From the IMG/VR virus record IMGVR_UViG_3300048609_000040: 21,149 nucleotides of DNA; one strand, given 5' to 3'. A model generated the notes under the pieces. The model ran no database searches, was not told the DNA's origin, and saw nothing but the letters and a program-made list of their open reading frames with translations. The DNA is from an uncultured virus (IMG/VR IMGVR_UViG_3300048609_000040). Its lineage: Duplodnaviria > Heunggongvirae > Uroviricota > Caudoviricetes. Shown piece by piece: positions 7,596 to 13,307 of this stretch. Numbering within the stretch: position 1 is the first letter of the stretch; every line of letters begins with the position of its first letter. A program made the translations under genes and the position numbers.

Positions 7596-7886
7596 ATGAA
7601 ACTCACACCAACGGAAGAGATCTCCGATCTGATCTACGCAGACACGTCAGACGTACGAGCCGTCATCGTAGAGCACTATCCACACGCCACGTTCAAGGGT
7701 GATGAAGATGAGATTCACGGACGACGGCTAGGAGTAACGATAAGCACCACACGGTTCGATTGGTACAAGTTCCTTCTGACAAGCGGTCTTTCACATCTAT
7801 CACTCAATTTCCAACTATCAGCACAAACAGGTTCTCAACTGATCAAAGACGTGCTCGATGTGTGCCAGCCTGGATGGCGAGGCTAA
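7596..7886 (+). CDS. Hypothetical protein
   Basis: 96 aa; AAAGGG RBS. Confidence 0.7.
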   Translation: MKLTPTEEISDLIYADTSDVRAVIVEHYPHATFKGDEDEIHGRRLGVTISTTRFDWYKFLLTSGLSHLSLNFQLSAQTGSQLIKDVLDVCQPGWRG

Positions 7887-7889
7887 GCC

Positions 7890-8102
7890 GTGGACATCGA
7901 ATTCGTGGATCCTAACTACACCGTTATCGAGTCTTGTGAGCAAGACGCAGAAGGTGTCCACTACCGTGTCGTTGTGGCGGGTAAGACGTGCTGGTACAGG
8001 TATGTTCGCTTCGGCCAAACGCGGCAAAACCGCGCTGGAGGCCCAGCATTCGTCGACGCTGCCCGAGAACAGTCCGCGCAGGCTGCCTGCTACAGAACGT
8101 GA
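7890..8102 (+). CDS. Hypothetical protein
   Basis: GTG with GAGG RBS, 3 nt after the upstream stop; 70 aa. Confidence 0.55.
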   Translation: MDIEFVDPNYTVIESCEQDAEGVHYRVVVAGKTCWYRYVRFGQTRQNRAGGPAFVDAAREQSAQAACYRT

Positions 8103-8109
8103 CGTACTA

Positions 8110-8442
8110 ATGGCACGTCAACTCAAAACAATCGCAAACTGGATCAACACTCACGTCCCTGACTTGTGGGCACACATCGAGCGGGGATACTGCAACACAG
8201 ATCGTAAGATAAGACACGGGCGTATCCGCATACCTAGCAAAGGAAGAATCGGCAACAGAATCGTTGTTACGCGCAAGCAGGACAACGTAATAGTACTGGA
8301 TCACAATGCTGCCGAGACTTACCGCTGCAATGCTGATGTCGAGCGCTGGCTTGCCACCTGGCTTGCAGGCGGTTGTACCGCTGTCTGTATTGGGACGTGT
8401 CATTCACCTCGATGCCGCCTCGCGGGGAACACGCGTGATTAG
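8110..8442 (+). CDS. Basic hypothetical protein
   Basis: Start reassigned to ATG 8110 (MARQLKTIANW...) within track ORF 7858..8442. Confidence 0.65.
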   Translation: MARQLKTIANWINTHVPDLWAHIERGYCNTDRKIRHGRIRIPSKGRIGNRIVVTRKQDNVIVLDHNAAETYRCNADVERWLATWLAGGCTAVCIGTCHSPRCRLAGNTRD

Positions 8443-8540
8443 AGTAGCTGAGTTCACCATCATTCTGAGAGGGATTAACCATAGTTACGGTCCTCCGAAT
8501 TTGCTAGGATAGTCAGTATCTCAGGAAAGGACAACTGGCT

Positions 8541-8753
8541 ATGCGATGCAACTGGCTTTTGGCATACGGAAACGGGCGCAAAAACAAGCGCATGTTCAAA
8601 GGGTGTTTTCCCACCCTACAGGCCGCGCAAAAGACAGCTGATCGGCTGAACGTCAACTGCCACAACGTAGTATGTTGGCGTCCAGTTTTCAACCCACCTC
8701 CTGGTGTAAGACTCGCAGGGTCTAGTAGGAGAAGCCATGCCGGCAGCTACTAA
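8541..8753 (+). CDS. Small basic hypothetical protein
   Basis: AAAGGA RBS; preceded by extended -10-like TGcTAGGAT at 8502-8510. Confidence 0.6.
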   Translation: MRCNWLLAYGNGRKNKRMFKGCFPTLQAAQKTADRLNVNCHNVVCWRPVFNPPPGVRLAGSSRRSHAGSY

Positions 8754-9174
8754 CATCACGGTGCGTACACGCGCTGAAGCAATACAGCTGCTTCACGACT
8801 TCGATGAGTTTTTGAGACACGCTATGGCTGCTCTAGACCCTCAAGTCGTCGTAGAAAAAGAACAAGGAAAGGGCGTCATGGCTGACTACGACAAGGTCAG
8901 CGGCTACGTGACGTTGACACCTGCCTATCTTGCGGCGATCAACAGCGCTTTCGGGTTCTCAGACGTCGTTCTAGCAAGCCAAGGAACGCCTCCAGCGGGA
9001 ATGCAAGCCTCGCTTGGTAAGGCTAGCTTCGTACGAGGTCAGATAGCAGACGCCATCAGGAAGCTTTCATCCAAACGCAAGCCACCAGCTGTCGCTGTCG
9101 GCCTCGGCATAGCCCTCATTTCGGCCGTGGTTAGCTTTGCAGTCACCTGGACACGTCAGGACACCCCGTCATGA
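8737..9174 (+). CDS. Hypothetical protein with a C-terminal transmembrane helix
   Basis: AGGAG RBS; KRK followed by PPAVAVGLGIALISAVVSFAVTW. Confidence 0.75.
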   Translation: MPAATNITVRTRAEAIQLLHDFDEFLRHAMAALDPQVVVEKEQGKGVMADYDKVSGYVTLTPAYLAAINSAFGFSDVVLASQGTPPAGMQASLGKASFVRGQIADAIRKLSSKRKPPAVAVGLGIALISAVVSFAVTWTRQDTPS

Positions 9175-9437
9175 AACATTACGGGCCAAAGAAGTACGTA
9201 CGGATCAAGTTCAAGCCCGTAGACAAACCACCCAGGTGGTACTGGGCTCGAAAGCTGAAGCCTGGCATGTACAAACGCGTACTGCCTGACGGCGACGAGT
9301 GCGTCAAAGAGAAGGAGCTACCCGACGGCACAAGCGTGTGCACGTCGGAGTTGCTCGTAGGTAAACCGATCGAGGAAAAGCCTGCTCGGATGAACCTGAT
9401 GTACGCGGAGCTTGAGGTAGTTGACGTTGACGACTAG
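9171..9437 (+). CDS. Hypothetical protein; last gene of the + arm
   Basis: ATGA coupling; its TAG stop overlaps the TAG stop of the convergent gene in CTAG 9434-9437. Confidence 0.7.
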   Translation: MKHYGPKKYVRIKFKPVDKPPRWYWARKLKPGMYKRVLPDGDECVKEKELPDGTSVCTSELLVGKPIEEKPARMNLMYAELEVVDVDD

Positions 9438-9709
9438 GCTGCTTTAGCCTCAACTGTCTTCTTGACTGACTTGGCCGCTGGCTTGGCTGGCTTGGCTGCT
9501 TTAGCCGGCTTGGCCTTGGCTGCTTTGTTGGCAGCCCAGGACGCTTGAAGGCGGTCATACTCCTGTAGCGCCACTGATCGCATCCAGGTCGACACGTCCA
9601 GACCTTGCTTGTCCGCCGCACGGTCAAACATCTTCCGATGCTCGATCGTCATACGTACGGAAACGATGGTGTGCTTGCGGGCGTTTTCACTTTTCAGTTT
9701 GCGGCTCAT
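9434..9709 (-). CDS. Ribbon-helix-helix DNA-binding regulator with an Ala/Lys/Pro-rich histone-H1-like tail
   Basis: Start ATG 9709 with GGAG RBS; IVSVRMT (ribbon) EHRKMFDRAADKQG LDVSTWMRSVA (helix-G-x-S/T-helix); tail KAAKAKPAKAAKPAKPAAK. Confidence 0.8.
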   Translation of the reverse strand: MSRKLKSENARKHTIVSVRMTIEHRKMFDRAADKQGLDVSTWMRSVALQEYDRLQASWAANKAAKAKPAKAAKPAKPAAKSVKKTVEAKAA

Positions 9710-9761
9710 GGTTGTCTCCAAACTATCGGTAGGACTCTTTTCGCCTTCCGAGTGTGGAAAC

Positions 9762-9791
9762 AATGTATTACCTACGAGTTACAATTGTCAA
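9762..9791 (-). promoter_or_regulatory. Sigma70-type promoter of the RHH gene, overlapped by a TGTAwTACA-like operator
   Basis: Minus strand TTGACA (9791-9786), N18, TACATT (9767-9762); box TGTATTACC at 9764-9772. Confidence 0.7.
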
Positions 9792-9835
9792 ATAATTGAA
9801 GTGCGGGACATTTGTACAACAGCTTCAAGGTGAAT

Positions 9836-10036
9836 CTAACAGTACGCTCGTGGCGCCTTCTTGATCCGCGGTTTCGTCATGTTGATGTCTAGTCCTCGCG
9901 TGACGACATAACGTGCTGTGTCGCGGACGGTCCGCTTCGAGTGTGAACAGATCATGTCGCCGATAGAACCTTTGTCGGGTCCGCTTTTCACGAACCGTAT
10001 CGAACACCAACAGGCTTTCTTACGCTTGGTCTTCAT
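9836..10036 (-). CDS. Small basic Cys-containing hypothetical protein
   Basis: 66 aa; GAGAGG RBS; K/R-rich. Confidence 0.65.
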   Translation of the reverse strand: MKTKRKKACWCSIRFVKSGPDKGSIGDMICSHSKRTVRDTARYVVTRGLDINMTKPRIKKAPRAYC

Positions 10037-10072
10037 TGGACGAAGCCTCTCTCACCCAATTTACTCATCTGT

Positions 10073-10300
10073 TTATCGCCTCGGCTTTTTCTCAACACTA
10101 TTGTAAAGATCAAAACCATAAGCTGAAGACTCTCTACCAGAGTCCAACTTGATATCGTAGACATCCCATCCAGCGCCAGAACCTATACGAGCCGGCTCTA
10201 ACAGCACACCACATGCTTTGCCGTACGACATACCCTTTCCTTTGGGTGTTTTGCGTGCACGACGACAAACACGAGTTCCAGCTTTCACGTAGCGAGCCAT
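10073..10300 (-). CDS. Small basic hypothetical protein (SH3-like pattern)
   Basis: 75 aa; GAGGGG RBS. Confidence 0.7.
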   Translation of the reverse strand: MARYVKAGTRVCRRARKTPKGKGMSYGKACGVLLEPARIGSGAGWDVYDIKLDSGRESSAYGFDLYNSVEKKPRR

Positions 10301-10314
10301 AGTTCCCTCTTTTC

Positions 10315-10494
10315 CTACAAGCGACAGTCGCGGTTAACACCGAGTATGTTGTAGTGCTCGGTTCCACCCGCGTCGGTTTTGATTTTACTCAAACGCATGC
10401 ATGCACGCGCCTCAGTTTTATTTCGTGATGTTAGCGGAACAGAACCAATCCGCCCGCCTTTCAAATAGAAAACGATGAACCTTTTCGTTTTCAC
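10315..10494 (-). CDS. Small basic hypothetical protein
   Basis: Start reassigned to GTG 10494 (AGGAG RBS; MKTKRFIVFY...) within track ORF 10315..10584. Confidence 0.6.
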   Translation of the reverse strand: MKTKRFIVFYLKGGRIGSVPLTSRNKTEARACMRLSKIKTDAGGTEHYNILGVNRDCRL

Positions 10495-10546
10495 GGCTGC
10501 TCCTATATCCTGGTACGTAGCTGCCTTGTTATGACATCCCACCCAA

Positions 10547-10876
10547 CTACTTGTCGTAAGGCGTTGCGCGAACGCACGGTCCATGCGCGTACGTGCTCAC
10601 CGCAGCGTGGATCTCACGATCGACCTTGCGGATCGCCGCCCCTAACTGTCCACTCTTGCGTCCGACGTCGCGTCCACCGACTGCGCCCTGGAGCGCTTCC
10701 CGTGCAGCGCCAGCTCGTGCCGCTGCAATTGCAAGGATTTTCGGCACGTCCTGGCAGCTACTGCTGGATCGGGCATCTTGGAGTGCATTCTGCGCTGCTT
10801 GTAGGTTGTTGGCGGCTGCCCGTTCGTGTTCGGGACGGGCAGAGGCGAGCCCTCGACTGTGTTTCGTAGTATTCAT
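10547..10876 (-). CDS. Ala-rich helical hypothetical protein
   Basis: 109 aa; GGGG RBS; 9 nt after the upstream stop. Confidence 0.65.
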   Translation of the reverse strand: MNTTKHSRGLASARPEHERAAANNLQAAQNALQDARSSSSCQDVPKILAIAAARAGAAREALQGAVGGRDVGRKSGQLGAAIRKVDREIHAAVSTYAHGPCVRATPYDK

Positions 10877-10885
10877 GACACCCCA

Positions 10886-11353
10886 CTATATGCTGCGGCC
10901 CAGCATGAGAGCTGTTTCAAAAGACTCGACAGAGTCGATGATCTTCGTGACGCGTTGGCCAAGCTTGGGCTTCCCGAGCTTATGCATCAGGGACTGGATG
11001 GGGTAGAGGGCGTTTTTTGCATTCTGGATGTTGTTGCGGATGTCGTTGGCCTCACCATCTTCAATACCGGGATAGCCCCTGCGCCCTGCCAGCGGCTGCT
11101 CTTTGTTTTGTACTACCCTTGCGGCACCGTACCCAACTGCCGCTCCAGCTAGTGCGGCAAAACCCCAGAAGGCAAGCACCCATCCCACGCTACGACCTTC
11201 CTCGGCACCCATCAGTTGGGTCGTATTTGGGATTTGGTTGTAGTAGAAGGTCGAGTACCCACCTGGAAGGCCCGTGTAGTGCTCAATACCTCGTTGAGCT
11301 GGGTTCCAGGGCTCATACTTGAAGGTCTCTTTCCAGTGGGTCTGCGTCAGCAT
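10886..11353 (-). CDS. Hypothetical membrane protein with a single central TM helix
   Basis: Start ATG 11353 with GAGG RBS; TM segment VGWVLAFWGFAALAGAAVGYGAA. Confidence 0.7.
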   Translation of the reverse strand: MLTQTHWKETFKYEPWNPAQRGIEHYTGLPGGYSTFYYNQIPNTTQLMGAEEGRSVGWVLAFWGFAALAGAAVGYGAARVVQNKEQPLAGRRGYPGIEDGEANDIRNNIQNAKNALYPIQSLMHKLGKPKLGQRVTKIIDSVESFETALMLGRSI

Positions 11354-11360
11354 GGGTACC

Positions 11361-11570
11361 TCACTCTTCCGTGTCCTCTTGCACACCTATCATAACCGAG
11401 ATCCCGGCTAGATCGCGTGCCAGTTTGTTTGCTTGCTTGAGCGTCAAGTAGACAGCCGTCCGCTTCTGGATGCTCTGGTGCTCTTCTACGACGGCGAGAA
11501 TGACCTTCTCCTCACCGTCTTGACGTACGACGTCGATACGCTCTGCTTCGTTGAGCGTTATCGTGCGCAC
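11361..11570 (-). CDS. Hypothetical protein
   Basis: 69 aa; protein-like composition; fits operon packing. Confidence 0.6.
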   Translation of the reverse strand: MRTITLNEAERIDVVRQDGEEKVILAVVEEHQSIQKRTAVYLTLKQANKLARDLAGISVMIGVQEDTEE

Positions 11571-11598
11571 TATTCGTTGGATGGGGCTCAGGAGTTCA

Positions 11599-11627
11599 AT
11601 CCTAGCAGACTACACCACAAATGAAAA
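11599..11627 (-). promoter_or_regulatory. Putative extended -10 promoter for the 11570-onward genes
   Basis: Minus strand TTTTCA (11627-11622), N17, TAGGAT (11604-11599), with TG extension (TGCTAGGAT, identical to 8502-8510 on +). Confidence 0.5.
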
Positions 11628-11653
11628 CAGCGTGGAGACCAGTGGTCCCACGC
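11618..11653 (-). terminator. Probable intrinsic terminator after the microprotein genes
   Basis: Minus strand GCGTGGGACC-ACT-GGTC(T)CCACGC hairpin (11653-11630) followed by TGTTTTCATTT. Confidence 0.65.
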
Positions 11654-11676
11654 CGTCCTCATTATCGTGCCGGCAA

Positions 11677-11784
11677 CTACTTCTTCATGCACTTCGACAT
11701 GCAAGAGCTGCGACCGCGCTTGCCAAGTCCCTTGCACTTCCGAGAACAGGTGCCGATCTTCTTAGAACCCCGACGCTTTGCCAT
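11677..11784 (-). CDS. 35-aa cationic microprotein with twin Cx3C motif: MAKRRGSKKIGTCSRKCKGLGKRGRSSCMSKCMKK
   Basis: Hand-translated (below ORF-track cutoff); GGAG RBS; 14 K+R, no D/E, 4 Cys. Confidence 0.75.
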   Translation of the reverse strand: MAKRRGSKKIGTCSRKCKGLGKRGRSSCMSKCMKK

Positions 11785-11832
11785 TGTCGTTCTCCGTTTC
11801 TTGGTTGGGTGGTTGAGTCTGTGCGCTCGTTA

Positions 11833-11928
11833 CTAGCGCTTGCGGCTCTTAGCGCGCTTGAGGCACTTGCTACGGCCCTTTGCCCACTTCAAGCAACGCC
11901 CCTTCTTTGCCTTCTTCGCCTTTGCCAT
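11833..11928 (-). CDS. 31-aa protamine/histone-like microprotein: MAKAKKAKKGRCLKWAKGRSKCLKRAKSRKR
   Basis: Hand-translated; GAGGAGG RBS; tandem TAG TAA stops; 16 K+R, no D/E. Confidence 0.8.
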   Translation of the reverse strand: MAKAKKAKKGRCLKWAKGRSKCLKRAKSRKR

Positions 11929-11940
11929 GACTTCCTCCTC

Positions 11941-12120
11941 CTAGGTTGGTTTCGGCTTCGGTGCTCGCGGCTTCGTCTTCACTGTTTGTTTCCGCGTTTT
12001 AACCGTTGCCTTGGTCTTCTCTGGAGGCCGGAAGCGAGCACACCGCCAAGGCTTACCGTCACGCATGTGCCACTTAACACATGCCATGCCGATGGGGCCT
12101 TGCTTCTTCTTTTCCGCCAA
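11941..12120 (-). CDS. 59-aa basic protein (CVKW...RCARF core, K/T/P-rich tail)
   Basis: Probable TTG start at 12120 after GAGGAAGG within track ORF 11941..12177. The track's TTG start at 12177 coincides with the predicted -35. Confidence 0.65.
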   Translation of the reverse strand: MAEKKKQGPIGMACVKWHMRDGKPWRCARFRPPEKTKATVKTRKQTVKTKPRAPKPKPT

Positions 12121-12147
12121 CTTCTCGACCTTCCTCGGGTTTTGATC

Positions 12148-12205
12148 AACATGGCACGGAAGGTCGGCAGCCGTCAAGCAATTTTTTGATCGTAGCTGTG
12201 ATCGA
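12148..12205 (-). promoter_or_regulatory. Promoter of the microprotein unit with an upstream double-GATC box
   Basis: Minus strand TCGATCACAGCTACGATCAAAA (12205-12184); TTGACG (12177-12172), N18, CATGTT (12153-12148) with TG extension. Confidence 0.6.
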
Positions 12206-12208
12206 TTT

Positions 12209-12415
12209 TCAGTCTGGTGTTGCCTCGATCAGCTTGTCCAACACTTCAATCAGGTTAGTCATCGCACGATGAACTTTTTTTCTGAACACCTCACAATCAT
12301 CACACTCACGTCCGGTTAGGGTAACACAAGTCCCTGGAAAATGCGGGCTAGGTACCTGCCCCGTCATTGTAAAGTACAGTTTGCTGGCTGCGAAATCGAG
12401 GTCTCGGTTGTCCAT
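12209..12415 (-). CDS. Small hypothetical protein (H..C...CxxC)
   Basis: 68 aa; GAGGTAGG RBS; 3 nt after the methyltransferase stop. Confidence 0.65.
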   Translation of the reverse strand: MDNRDLDFAASKLYFTMTGQVPSPHFPGTCVTLTGRECDDCEVFRKKVHRAMTNLIEVLDKLIEATPD

Positions 12416-12418
12416 CGC

Positions 12419-13306
12419 CTACCTCACTGTGTGATGCAACAAATCAGGGGTTGAAGTAATCAACAAACACGCAACTTTTCCGCGTCCGGCAGCATCACGA
12501 TTTACGCGTCTAAACTCGCCTGTACGAGTCATGTTAGCCCAACAACCATACAAGCGTCGAACGTCGGGCAAATCATTGTTTGTAGCAACGAACGCAGCAC
12601 CCCGCGCGACAGCAGCTTGTAGCGCACGAGCTAGATCGACATGATCTGACGGCCCAAAGCCCTCCTTGAGGTAGTTGCTGTAGACCCCAAAGTACGGACT
12701 ATCAACGAACAAAAAGTCTCCGCTACCAGCACGCTCGATAACGGGCCTGAAGTCGCTGGTAAGAAGCTCAGCGTCCTGAACTGCTTCTACGAACGGCGCT
12801 AGCCGTTTTGCAGTGATAAAGGCAGGTCCCGTCTTTCCCGTACGTCGACCATAGGGAACATTGAACACACCGCTCGCGTTTTCCCTCCAAACACCGTTGA
12901 AGCCCGTCGCATTGAGGTAGAAAAACCAGGCTGCCCGCTGCAAAGCACTTTGTGGCTTCTCAGCACGCACCTTGTAATACGTTTGGTCGTCGGTGCCGCG
13001 CTTCACGTAGTTGGACGCGAGCGCCCAAAGTACCGCGGCTGGATCCTTTTGGACCTGTTGGAACGCGTTCATCAACGGCTCACAGAGATCCGACAGGATC
13101 ATTCCTGGCAGACCGAGATCAGCCGCGACCGCGCCGCCTCCTAAGAACGGTTCTATATACCGTCCACCAGTGCGCTGGAGATATTCGTAGACGATGTCGG
13201 AGATGATTGGAACAAGCCACCGCTTGCCGCCAACCCAACGCACGATTGGTGTTGCATGCACACGAGGAGCAAAGGCTTTGTCTTCAAATAGCGTTGCCGA
13301 CATCAT
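12419..13306 (-). CDS. dam: Dam-like (D12 class) N6-adenine DNA methyltransferase
   Basis: RWVGGKRWL (motif X), YIEPFLGGGAV (motif I), SD (II), FFYLNATGFNGVWRENASGVFNVPYG (target recognition), DFLFVDSPY (IV; DPPY variant). Start likely ATG 13306 with GGAG RBS. GATC specificity is inferred. Confidence 0.9.
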   Translation of the reverse strand: MMSATLFEDKAFAPRVHATPIVRWVGGKRWLVPIISDIVYEYLQRTGGRYIEPFLGGGAVAADLGLPGMILSDLCEPLMNAFQQVQKDPAAVLWALASNYVKRGTDDQTYYKVRAEKPQSALQRAAWFFYLNATGFNGVWRENASGVFNVPYGRRTGKTGPAFITAKRLAPFVEAVQDAELLTSDFRPVIERAGSGDFLFVDSPYFGVYSNYLKEGFGPSDHVDLARALQAAVARGAAFVATNNDLPDVRRLYGCWANMTRTGEFRRVNRDAAGRGKVACLLITSTPDLLHHTVR

Positions 13307-13307
13307 T

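Noticed and set aside
11585..11618. tRNA-like fragment (GGAGTTCAATCCT...CACCA)
   Set aside because: T-loop length is wrong, and no D arm, anticodon arm or acceptor stem can be built. Better explained as a minus-strand promoter.
11551..12189. 212-aa + strand ORF in the track
   Set aside because: Leu/Cys/Phe-rich antisense shadow of the Lys/Arg-rich minus-strand microgenes. It spans their promoter and terminator and has no RBS.
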